Assembly: GCA_028286905.1 (NCBI GenBank)
Contig: JAQBQP010000002.1
Location: 245,458-309,457 of the forward strand
Length of the DNA stretch: 64,000 bases
Origin: Candidatus Doudnabacteria bacterium
GTDB taxonomy: Bacteria > Patescibacteriota > Doudnabacteria > UBA920 > VMFF01
Reading direction: 5' to 3'
The notes beneath the pieces were generated by a model, which had not been told where the DNA came from, did not search any database, and was given only the letters and a program-made list of their open reading frames with translations. The position numbers and the translations under genes are program-made. Position 1 is the first letter of the stretch, and each line of letters opens with the position of its first letter. Below are positions 55,800-64,000 of this stretch, piece by piece.

Positions 55800-57557
55800 A
55801 TGCAAATAATTTCTTTAAAACAGAAATTGCAAACCATAGGCTTTTTAATGCTTATGGTTTTTGCGTTTGTACCTGTTAAGACTGAAGCGGCATATTCAGA
55901 AGATATTAAAAGCTTTGCTAGTACACTAAAGATTAATAATGACGGAACAGTAAATGTCTTAGAAAAGATTGTTTATGAATTCGGGACTAATCAGCGCCAT
56001 GGAATATTTAGAGACATTACTTTATCATCCAAAGATGCGCCAACTATTAGCATCAGCAATGTTGCGGTGACAGACTCCAATGGGATGGCCTACCCTTTTA
56101 CGCAGAGTGAAGATTCTGCGCTTCACTTGAAAATAGGCGATCCAAATAACACAATCAGCGGAGAAAAAGAATATGACATTTCTTACACTGTTAGTAACGT
56201 AATTCGCGGCTTCTCCAATTATGATGAATTTTATTGGAATGCCACTGGCAATGCCTGGACTGTGCCTATTTCGTATTCCAGCGCGGAAGTGCAACTGCCA
56301 AGCAATTGGCTGCTGGATCCTGCTGTGCTTCCGAAGATTCAAAATTCTTGTTACCCTGGTACGTTAAACATGCAAAAAGCCGCTTGCACAATCACTTCGA
56401 GCGATGATGGCGGCACTTATGTGTTTTCTTCCGGGCCAACCGATCCGGGGCAAGGGCTAACTATAGATACCAGTTTTCCTAAAAGGCTTGTTACAAATTT
56501 GGCGACTGGTACACCTGTTGATCCAAGTAAAAAAACCACAACCCAAAAGATTTTAGGGATTCTGATCCCGATAGGAACTGGGCTTTTTGTAATTATTTTT
56601 GCGATCTTTTTTGTTTTGTCTAACCGTAAAGTAATAATTCCTAAAGAATTAAAAGGACAACCAATAGCTCCTTGGTATGATGCTCCGGAAGAAGTAAACG
56701 CTGCTGACATCGCGTATCTTTTGAACAGATCCTTCGATAAAAAAGAATTTGGTCTAATCTTTATTGATCTAGCTGTTAAAGGCTATCTAAAAATAAAATA
56801 TATTCCTAAACAAAGCGTCTTTAGTAGTGAAGATTATGCTTTTTTAAAGCTTAAAGAAGACGATGGTTTAGAGCCGGCCTATAAAAGACTGTTTGACTAT
56901 CTTTTTACAGGTGTAGATACAGTTTTATTATCCGATATTAAAAGTGATAACAGAGCCGTCGCTTCTGTTTATTCAAAGATTGGAGATGACCTTAGGTCTA
57001 AATTGATTAATAAAGACTATTTAAAGGCTAGCGCTCTGAATTTAAAGAATACTTCTAAATTTGGAGGCGGTGGAGTTCTCGTTTTTGCTTTGGCCTTCGC
57101 TTTTCGGCCACTTTTAATAATTTCCGTGCCACTTATTTGTTTAATTTTCATAATCGCTTACTATCGCAATTTAAACAATGTAACTCCTAGCGGTATTGAA
57201 TTGTTTAAAAAGATTTTAGGGTTCAAAGATTTCTTAACACTAACCGAATCAGATCGATTGCGGTTGTTAAATGCTCCGTCTCTTAAACCAGAGATGTTCG
57301 AAAAGTTTTTGCCTTACGCGATGGCTTTTGGCATTGAGAAGGAATGGGCGAAAAAATTCGAAAGCTTAGCAATCACTCCAAGTTGGTATGAAGATAGCCG
57401 TTATGGTTATGGCGCGCCAATTAATACTTTAATTTTGGCAAACTTTATTGGCAATCTAAATTCTGGAGTAGCTAGCGCCTCCACCTACAGTAGTGGTAGA
57501 AATGGTGCAGGGTATTCAGGAGGAGGTTCTGGCGGTGGAGGAGGCGGTTCTTGGTAA
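55800..57557 (+). CDS. DUF2207 domain membrane protein (conserved LemA partner) with Gly-rich C-terminus
   Basis: Signal peptide, extracytoplasmic domain, TM helices and terminal GGSGGGGGGSW. LemA-DUF2207 adjacency is the conserved arrangement. Confidence 0.7.
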   Translation: MQIISLKQKLQTIGFLMLMVFAFVPVKTEAAYSEDIKSFASTLKINNDGTVNVLEKIVYEFGTNQRHGIFRDITLSSKDAPTISISNVAVTDSNGMAYPFTQSEDSALHLKIGDPNNTISGEKEYDISYTVSNVIRGFSNYDEFYWNATGNAWTVPISYSSAEVQLPSNWLLDPAVLPKIQNSCYPGTLNMQKAACTITSSDDGGTYVFSSGPTDPGQGLTIDTSFPKRLVTNLATGTPVDPSKKTTTQKILGILIPIGTGLFVIIFAIFFVLSNRKVIIPKELKGQPIAPWYDAPEEVNAADIAYLLNRSFDKKEFGLIFIDLAVKGYLKIKYIPKQSVFSSEDYAFLKLKEDDGLEPAYKRLFDYLFTGVDTVLLSDIKSDNRAVASVYSKIGDDLRSKLINKDYLKASALNLKNTSKFGGGGVLVFALAFAFRPLLIISVPLICLIFIIAYYRNLNNVTPSGIELFKKILGFKDFLTLTESDRLRLLNAPSLKPEMFEKFLPYAMAFGIEKEWAKKFESLAITPSWYEDSRYGYGAPINTLILANFIGNLNSGVASASTYSSGRNGAGYSGGGSGGGGGGSW

Positions 57558-57645
57558 ATCCCTTAATCTTAGCCTTTTTCAATCATTTTTGGTCATTATG
57601 ACTCACGCTTGACGGTTTGTAAAGTTTATGATATAGTACGGGCAT

Positions 57646-58782
57646 ATGGAAAACTCGTCGGAAAACAGCGAAGAACAAAAAAAAGCCTTATCAGGTATTT
57701 TGGATAAGATTATCGATAGCAAACAGAGCGTTTCATTACAAAATTTTGAACCAGCTTTAGTAGCTAGTCGCATTTTAAACCTGTTAAAAGAACGTGATCG
57801 CCAAATTTTAGCGAAGCGTTTTGGGCTTCTTGCCTTTTCTCCACGAACTTTAGAAGCGATTGGCAAAGAACATAACCTTACTCGTGAGCGTGTTCGCCAG
57901 ATCGAAAAAGATTCGATCAAATTTTTACGTTCTAAGCTCGATGAACAACAGCTCTCCGAAGCTGTTAAGATGCTAGCGCATATCATCAGTGATTGCGGTA
58001 AAATAATCAAAGAAATTGAGCTTATCAAAATGCTTTCGATGGAAGCCACTGAAGAAGAGAAGCGCTCGATCCTTTTCTTGCTACATATTGCAGAAGAACT
58101 ATTGGAAGTGAAAGAAAGCGAAATGCTGCACAATGCTTGGGCGTCAGTTACTTATAACCATGAATTTTTCCTTAGTATCATTGATTCTGCAAAGGCAATA
58201 TTGAAGGCTGAAGGCAAGCCTTTGGACGAGCTTGAGCTTATTGATAAACTTCGCCAGACAGAAATTTACAAGAATAATCAATTAGAACTAAACGAAAAGG
58301 TTCTAAAAAATTATATTGAAATTAGTAAAGAAATTTCCAAAAATCCATTTGGCCAATATGGTTTAAATGAATGGAGAGAAATTAAACCTAAAGATGTCGG
58401 CGACAAGGCATATATTGTCTTAAAGCACGAAGGTAAGCCTGAACACTATTCCGCAATCACTGCTTTAATTAATAAGCATGGTTTTGATAAGAGAGTTGCA
58501 AACAAAGAAAGCGTGCATAACGAACTTATCAAAGACCCGCGCTTTGTTTTGGTTGGACGTGGAATTTATGCTTTAACCGAATGGGGTTTTGAAAAAGGTG
58601 TCGTTGCCGATGTTATTATTGAAATTCTTAGAAAAACAAACGGCCCAATGAGCAGAGAAGAAATTATCAATGAAGTTATGAAAAAGCGCATGGTTAAGAG
58701 AAACACAGTTTTGGTTGCGCTTTCAAACAAGCAGATTTTTGCCAAGATCCATAAAAATAAGTACGATCTGGTAATGAGATAG
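57646..58782 (+). CDS. DNA-binding protein with sigma-70 region 4-type HTH plus C-terminal uncharacterised domain
   Basis: ILAKRFGL ... TLEAIGKEHNLTRERVRQIEKDSIKFLR is a canonical sigma-70 region 4 HTH. No region 2 is recognisable. Confidence 0.55.
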   Translation: MENSSENSEEQKKALSGILDKIIDSKQSVSLQNFEPALVASRILNLLKERDRQILAKRFGLLAFSPRTLEAIGKEHNLTRERVRQIEKDSIKFLRSKLDEQQLSEAVKMLAHIISDCGKIIKEIELIKMLSMEATEEEKRSILFLLHIAEELLEVKESEMLHNAWASVTYNHEFFLSIIDSAKAILKAEGKPLDELELIDKLRQTEIYKNNQLELNEKVLKNYIEISKEISKNPFGQYGLNEWREIKPKDVGDKAYIVLKHEGKPEHYSAITALINKHGFDKRVANKESVHNELIKDPRFVLVGRGIYALTEWGFEKGVVADVIIEILRKTNGPMSREEIINEVMKKRMVKRNTVLVALSNKQIFAKIHKNKYDLVMR

Positions 58783-58818
58783 TTTGTTTTGGGTGGTATT
58801 TAAAATCTTGAAATAAAA

Positions 58819-60147
58819 ATGGAAATTTTTGCAACAATAGCTCAAGCACTGACAGAGATGACCTCGTCCGCCTGGTTCTTTTTTTCGCATGGCGCCTGGG
58901 TTATTTTTGCGATTTTAGTTTATGTAATGCTTCGAAAGCTTTACATGGACCGGATCAATGGCGCTTTTATCATGTCCAATACGCCAGTCTTTTTGCATAT
59001 CAAGATTGAAAAAGAAAACTTACAAAGCAACTTGGCAGTTGAACAAATTTTTGCCAACCTCCATGCGATGCACGGAAATTTTACCTGGGCAGAAATTCAT
59101 TTGGAAGGGAAAATTCAGCTTTGGATTTCTTTTGAGATTGTCAGTTTGGGTGGAAAAATTTCTTATATTGTACGAACTCCTGAAAAGCTGATCAATTTGG
59201 TTCAAAGCGTTTTTTACGCCCAATATCCAAATGCCGAAATCTCTCAAGTTGAGGATTATATGAAGAATTTGGAACATTGGGATCAGCATCATGCCACTTG
59301 GGATTTATGGGGCACTGAATTTAAAATGACCAGAGACTACGCCTATCCAATTAAAACTTGGAGGGAATTTGAACATCCTAGCGCCGAAGTGCCAATTTTG
59401 GACCCCTTAACCTCAATGTTGGAAGCGCTAAGCAGAGCAGAAGCACATGAACTTTTGGCAATGCAAATAATTATTCGCCCAGTTGCGGATAATGAATGGG
59501 TGCCACATGTTCAGGAAGTGGTGAAAAAATTAAAAGAAGAACCGGTGCCGCACAAAGCAACCTGGGTAGATCGGATCTTTCCTTTTGTAAACTGGGGTAG
59601 CGAAAAAACATTGTTTGAGGTAATTGCTGGAGGCGAGGGTGGACACGGCGGTCACGACGATAAAAAACCCGATCAGCCGAAAGTTTTGCGAATGTCTGAA
59701 GGTGAAAGAAATATTTTAAAGGCGATCGAAACAAAGATTACTAAGCCAGGTTATCAGGTTAAAATTAAGTATTTATATATTGCGCCAAAAGACAAATTTG
59801 ACGGCTCAAAGAAAAGTGCGATGATCGGCGCAATGCGCGGTTTCGGCGGAATTGTCACAAACAATTTGAAACCGGACGTTTCAGGAACTTGGACCAACTA
59901 TAACTATAAACTTTTTAAAGCTTTAGAAAAACCTTTTGTGGATTTTGTGAATGTTGAAAGAAAACATTTATTCCTAAAGGGTTACGTTCGCAGAAGCATG
60001 TGGATTGGGGCAAACCCGATGGTTATGAATACCGAAGAACTGGCAACGCTTTATCACTTTCCTTTGGCTACAATTGGCACTGCGCCAGTCGAGAGAATTG
60101 ATGTTAAAAAAGGTCAGCCGCCTGCAAACTTACCAATAATGAGTTAG
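58819..60147 (+). CDS. membrane-anchored hypothetical protein (partner of the downstream coupling-type ATPase)
   Basis: N-terminal TM (WFFFSHGAWVIFAILVYVML). Gly/His-rich low-complexity patch (GGEGGHGGHDDKKPD). Confidence 0.45.
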   Translation: MEIFATIAQALTEMTSSAWFFFSHGAWVIFAILVYVMLRKLYMDRINGAFIMSNTPVFLHIKIEKENLQSNLAVEQIFANLHAMHGNFTWAEIHLEGKIQLWISFEIVSLGGKISYIVRTPEKLINLVQSVFYAQYPNAEISQVEDYMKNLEHWDQHHATWDLWGTEFKMTRDYAYPIKTWREFEHPSAEVPILDPLTSMLEALSRAEAHELLAMQIIIRPVADNEWVPHVQEVVKKLKEEPVPHKATWVDRIFPFVNWGSEKTLFEVIAGGEGGHGGHDDKKPDQPKVLRMSEGERNILKAIETKITKPGYQVKIKYLYIAPKDKFDGSKKSAMIGAMRGFGGIVTNNLKPDVSGTWTNYNYKLFKALEKPFVDFVNVERKHLFLKGYVRRSMWIGANPMVMNTEELATLYHFPLATIGTAPVERIDVKKGQPPANLPIMS

Positions 60148-60156
60148 AATATAAAC

Positions 60157-62109
60157 ATGAGTGAAGCATCTGAAAATCAAGTAACTCTATTTGCTAGAAC
60201 AAACTTCCGTAATCGGCAGGTGCCTTTTGGTATAAAACGTGAAGATCGCCGCAAGCACATGTATATCGTTGGTAAAACTGGTATGGGCAAAACCAACATG
60301 ATCGAAAATATGATCATCCAAGATATTGTTAATGGCGAAGGCGTTTGCTTCGTAGATCCAAACGGAGATGCAATTGAAAAGATTTTAGATTATATTCCTG
60401 CAAAGCGTATTAATGATGTTGTTTATGTAAACCCTGCGGACATGGATTTTCCAATTGCTTTTAATATTTTGGAGTCGGTTGACCCAAAGTATAAGCATTT
60501 GGTCGCTTCAGGTTTAATGTCGGTGTTTACTAAAATTTGGGCAAACCTTTGGTCTGCCCGTATGGAATATATTTTAAACAATTCGATTTTAGCTTTGCTT
60601 GATTCGCCAGGGAACACTTTGTTAGGAATCTCAAGACTACTTGTTGATAAAAAATATCGCAAGAAGATTGTAGACAACATCAAAGATCCGATGGTTAAAT
60701 CCTTTTGGGTTGATGAATTTGCAAACTGGAATGAAAAATATCGAATGGAAGCAATTGCTCCGATCCAAAATAAAGTTGGACAATTTTTATCTTCCGGTAT
60801 TATTAGGAACATTGTTGGCCAACCAAAGAGCACTTTGGATTTGCGTGAATTGATGGATAATAAGAAAATTCTTTTAGTTAACCTTTCCAAAGGACGCGTT
60901 GGAGAAGATAATTCAGCGTTGCTTGGAGCGATGATTATTACTAAACTACAGCTCGCAGCTTTCTCTCGAGCGGACATTCCAGAAGATGATCGCGCGGATT
61001 TTTATTTATATGTCGACGAGTTTCAGAACTTTGCTACCGAGTCTTTTGCGACAATTCTATCTGAAGCGAGAAAATATCATTTAAATTTGATCATTGCCCA
61101 CCAGTATATTGGTCAATTGGTTCAAGAAAAAAATACTAAAGTTCGAGATGCAGTTTTTGGTAACGTCGGCACAATGATTACTTTTAGAATTGGCGCGGCT
61201 GACGCTGAGTTTTTAGAGAACGAATTCATGCCGCTGTTTACCGAAAACGATTTGGTAAATATTCCAAAATATACAATTTTATTGAAATTAATGATTAACG
61301 GCGTTGCTTCCGATCCTTTTACTGCAGAAACTTTGCCGCCAAGTACATACGTTCGAACTGACTCAACGGAAAAAGTTATTCGAGTTTCCAGAGAGCGCTA
61401 TGCAAATCCAGTTGCAGAAGTAGAGGAAAAAATTATGCGTTGGATGGGTCAAGATTATCATGAGCAGGCAGCAGTGATCGCAAGTCATGCGAACTTTGAA
61501 CATTCTAACGAAGAAGAGTTGGAGTTGCCGGAAGAAGCGCCTGCAGAAAACAAAGAGCAATCAGTAGTTCCTGCTTTTGTTGAAAATACTATAATCGAGA
61601 ATCCTGTAATAATAGAAGAATCGGTGCCCGCTAGATCAGTTCCGCAAGCTTTAGTGCAGCAGCCAGCGGTAAAGACCGAAACGATGCGAATGCAGGCAGA
61701 GGCGCCAATGCCAGAGCGCAGGCATGAGCAAAGAAGAAAAGACCGTCCATCCCAAGCCCCAAAGCCGCAGCAAAATAAACCGCAGAACAAGCCTCAAAAT
61801 TCCAAGAAGGAAAACCCAATTTGGAATCAAGTTGCAGATTTGCACCAGGGTTCAAAGAAAACCGAAGATCAATTTTTGAAATCTTTTGAAAGCTTAAAAT
61901 TTGATGAACCTATTTTAACAAAAGCTTCAGAGCCTGCCTCGGCTAAGCCAGAGCCTATTCAAACACCAATTGTTCAACCGCAGCAATTAGAATCCTTTGA
62001 TGAAATTCCTGATAATTTAGTTCCAATGCCGGTTCAGCAAAGTACGAATGATTCTAATCAACGTTCTGTTTTGCAGCCCGGACAATCAGTAAAAATAGAT
62101 GACAACTAA
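60157..62109 (+). CDS. VirD4/TraG-type coupling protein-like ATPase (soluble, no TM domain) with Pro/Gln-rich disordered C-terminus
   Basis: Walker A IVGKTGMGKT followed by FVDPNGD (the T4CP D-P-x-G-E/D motif). Walker B YLYVDEFQNF. IIAHQYIGQL. About 200 C-terminal low-complexity residues. Confidence 0.6.
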   Translation: MSEASENQVTLFARTNFRNRQVPFGIKREDRRKHMYIVGKTGMGKTNMIENMIIQDIVNGEGVCFVDPNGDAIEKILDYIPAKRINDVVYVNPADMDFPIAFNILESVDPKYKHLVASGLMSVFTKIWANLWSARMEYILNNSILALLDSPGNTLLGISRLLVDKKYRKKIVDNIKDPMVKSFWVDEFANWNEKYRMEAIAPIQNKVGQFLSSGIIRNIVGQPKSTLDLRELMDNKKILLVNLSKGRVGEDNSALLGAMIITKLQLAAFSRADIPEDDRADFYLYVDEFQNFATESFATILSEARKYHLNLIIAHQYIGQLVQEKNTKVRDAVFGNVGTMITFRIGAADAEFLENEFMPLFTENDLVNIPKYTILLKLMINGVASDPFTAETLPPSTYVRTDSTEKVIRVSRERYANPVAEVEEKIMRWMGQDYHEQAAVIASHANFEHSNEEELELPEEAPAENKEQSVVPAFVENTIIENPVIIEESVPARSVPQALVQQPAVKTETMRMQAEAPMPERRHEQRRKDRPSQAPKPQQNKPQNKPQNSKKENPIWNQVADLHQGSKKTEDQFLKSFESLKFDEPILTKASEPASAKPEPIQTPIVQPQQLESFDEIPDNLVPMPVQQSTNDSNQRSVLQPGQSVKIDDN

Positions 62110-63172
62110 GAAAAATTCTAAAACAAATAAAAAAGTAATGATAGCGCTTTCCGGCGGAATAGATTCCGCAGTAAGCGCTGTTTTACTAATGCAGCAAGGT
62201 TATCAGGTAGAAGCTGGTTTTATGAAGAACTGGAGTTCAACTACAGGGCTACTTCGAAATGAATGTCCTTGGATTGATGATCGCAGAGAAGCTTTAAGGG
62301 TTGCGGCGCACTTGGGCATTCCAATGCATACTTTTGATTTCGAAAAGCAATACGCTGACAAAGTGATGCAATATTTTTTTAAAGAATATTCCGAAGGGCG
62401 TACGCCGAACCCGGATGTGATGTGTAATAAAGAAATTAAATTTAAGTTGCTGTATGACAAAGCAATTAGCATGGGCTTTGATTATTTAGCCACTGGTCAT
62501 TATGCTCAAATTAAAAATGGTAAACTGATTCGTTCTAAGGATGAATTTAAAGACCAAACTTACTTTATTTATAATATAAAAACTGAGCAGCTCGAACATA
62601 TTTTGTTTCCAATTGGTGGCTACAAAAAATCTGAAATAAGAAAACTTGCTCAAAAACTTGCCCTTCCAAACTCAGACCGTAAAGAGAGTATGGGTTTGTG
62701 TTTCGTTGGCAAGATCCGCTTAGATAAGTTTTTGAATCAAAAGATCAAACCTAAAATTGGAAAGGTTTTGGATACTTCTGGTAAAGCTGTTGGTGAACAC
62801 AAGGGGATTGCGTTTTACACAGTTGGTCAGCGCCAGGGTTTGGGTATTGGTGGATCCGGACCTTATTACATTGTAAAAAAGGATTTGAAAACCAATACTT
62901 TGGTGGTCTCGCACGATCCTAATGATGTTCAACTACAGACCAAGCAACTGCAGATTAGCGGCGTAAATTGGATTAACAAGCCACAAAAATTTCCGTTTAA
63001 AGCTATCGCTCGTTTTAGGCATCAGCAAGATTTGCAGGATGTGCTGATCGAAATGAACGGCTCAGACCTCTACACTGTTAAGTTTTCCAAGACTCAAACC
63101 GCGGTGGCCTCTGGGCAAAGCCTGGTGATTTACTCTGGAAAAGAGTGTTTGGGCGGGGGAGTAATCGCTTAA
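62099..63172 (+). CDS. mnmA: tRNA-specific 2-thiouridylase
   Basis: PP-loop IALSGGIDSAV. MnmA core (GFMKNW, NPDVMCNKEIKF, CFVG). Confidence 0.9.
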   Translation: MTTKKNSKTNKKVMIALSGGIDSAVSAVLLMQQGYQVEAGFMKNWSSTTGLLRNECPWIDDRREALRVAAHLGIPMHTFDFEKQYADKVMQYFFKEYSEGRTPNPDVMCNKEIKFKLLYDKAISMGFDYLATGHYAQIKNGKLIRSKDEFKDQTYFIYNIKTEQLEHILFPIGGYKKSEIRKLAQKLALPNSDRKESMGLCFVGKIRLDKFLNQKIKPKIGKVLDTSGKAVGEHKGIAFYTVGQRQGLGIGGSGPYYIVKKDLKTNTLVVSHDPNDVQLQTKQLQISGVNWINKPQKFPFKAIARFRHQQDLQDVLIEMNGSDLYTVKFSKTQTAVASGQSLVIYSGKECLGGGVIA

Positions 63173-63211
63173 ATTCAGATATGGTATAATATAGATAATT
63201 AAAAAGAACTT

Positions 63212-63730
63212 ATGAATATCAAAGACTTGCCTTTTGGCGAAATGGAAGCTTTCAACGTTGTGGTAGAAATCCCTCAAGGAAGCCAGGATAAATATGAATA
63301 CGATGAGAAGCTTGATGTAATTAAACTAGACCGCGTTTTATACGGTTCTCAGCGCTTTCCAGCAAACTATGGCTTCATTCCAGAAACTCGCGCTTTAGAC
63401 GGTGATCACGCTGATGCGGTTTTGTTTTCAACCAATGCGATCATTCCAGGTGCAATTGTCACTGCAAGAGCGATTGGCTTTATGGACATGATTGATGGCG
63501 GCGATATTGATAACAAAATTCTTTGCGTGCCTACGGGCGATCCGCGCTTTAACGATGTTCAATCTATCGATGATTTGCCTCAGCATAAGCTTGCGGAAAT
63601 AAAGAATTTTTTTGAAACCTATAAAGCTTTACAGAAGAAAAATGTTGAAGTAAAAGGCTTTAGTGATAAAGCTCGTGCGCTTCAGGAATTAGAATCAACT
63701 AAAAAAGCATACGAAGCCGAACATGAATAA
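63212..63730 (+). CDS. ppa: inorganic pyrophosphatase (family I)
   Basis: EIPQGSQDKYEYD, DGDHADAV and DGGDIDNKIL signature regions. Confidence 0.9.
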   Translation: MNIKDLPFGEMEAFNVVVEIPQGSQDKYEYDEKLDVIKLDRVLYGSQRFPANYGFIPETRALDGDHADAVLFSTNAIIPGAIVTARAIGFMDMIDGGDIDNKILCVPTGDPRFNDVQSIDDLPQHKLAEIKNFFETYKALQKKNVEVKGFSDKARALQELESTKKAYEAEHE

Positions 63731-63899
63731 AAATATTCACGCCTACACAAGAGTTTCTGCTAGTATTTTACTGGCAGTCGGAATAGTTGGGTTCGCATTT
63801 AATGATCAGTTTGATATTCCGGTATATATTTTGCTGCTGAACCTGGCATTGGGAGTTTGGGGAATGTTTGCGATATTTAGCAAAGCGAATACCAAGTAA
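63723..63899 (+). CDS. small two-TM membrane protein (58 aa), hypothetical
   Basis: ATG overlapping the ppa stop (ATGAATAA). Two hydrophobic helices. Followed directly by a strong terminator. Below the ORF-track size cutoff. Confidence 0.35.
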   Translation: MNKNIHAYTRVSASILLAVGIVGFAFNDQFDIPVYILLLNLALGVWGMFAIFSKANTK

Positions 63900-63917
63900 A
63901 CAAGACATCAATAAAAA

Positions 63918-63953
63918 AACAGGCTGAGGGGCAGGACCCCGGCCTGTTTTTTA
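63918..63953 (+). terminator. rho-independent terminator (CAGGC ... GCCTG GC-rich hairpin then T6)
   Basis: Nested GC-rich hairpin ACAGGCTGAGGGGCAGGACCCCGGCCTGT followed by TTTTTTAT. Confidence 0.75.
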
Positions 63954-64000
63954 TTTATGAATCAAGTTATAAAATGATTCAATATTGCTGTCTGCCCCAC

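Noticed and set aside
57603-58133. 176-aa minus-strand ORF opposite the sigma-r4-like gene
   Set aside because: Ser/Cys/Ile-rich low-complexity translation of the antisense strand of a clearly coding HTH gene.

Overview
The window is from a low-GC (roughly 36-40%) bacterial genome with compact gene organisation. I infer a CPR/Patescibacteria-like or other low-GC lineage with a Gram-positive-type envelope (low confidence). It uses the standard genetic code.

Most of the window is native backbone:
- rhamnose-nucleotide genes rmlD and rmlA;
- two polysaccharide biosynthesis blocks (flippase, O-antigen-ligase-like protein, one priming sugar transferase, six glycosyltransferases of families GT2 and GT4);
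- a ribosomal/RNA polymerase alpha operon (infA-rpmJ-rpsM-rpsK-rpsD-rpoA-rplQ) followed by rplM-rpsI;
- murG, murC and murB with a patatin gene inserted between them;
- hpf, secA, secD, secF, a lemA/DUF2207 pair, alaS, pgi, ctpA, lgt, mnmA and ppa;
- the RNase P RNA gene rnpB, recognised from its conserved motifs.

The most unusual signal is three compositionally anomalous GC-rich insertions (about 52-60% GC):
- about 9128-10962, carrying a 541-aa secreted Cys-rich protein with a DUF11-like repeat;
- about 35950-36440;
- about 46390-46900, carrying a pseudo-receiver-like ORF.
Each carries a single ORF with foreign codon usage and is bounded by hairpins or palindromes. Two of them abut native terminators.

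Other notable items:
- a surface-protein locus: a class-unassigned sortase with an intact TLXTC/His/Arg active site, a 1080-aa DUF11-repeat protein ending in an APKTG sorting-signal-like tail, a CAP-domain protein, and an S8 subtilisin that shares a repeat module with its neighbour;
- a five-gene cluster of modified-nucleotide and DNA-base surveillance proteins (DNPH1-like N-hydrolase, ASCH, small hypothetical, EVE, family-4 UDG);
- an orphan VirD4/TraG-type coupling-ATPase module preceded by a membrane protein and a sigma-70-region-4-type HTH protein;
- an infA gene whose only canonical in-frame start codon sits inside its own consensus promoter.

No CRISPR array, tRNA, rRNA or transposase was recognised.
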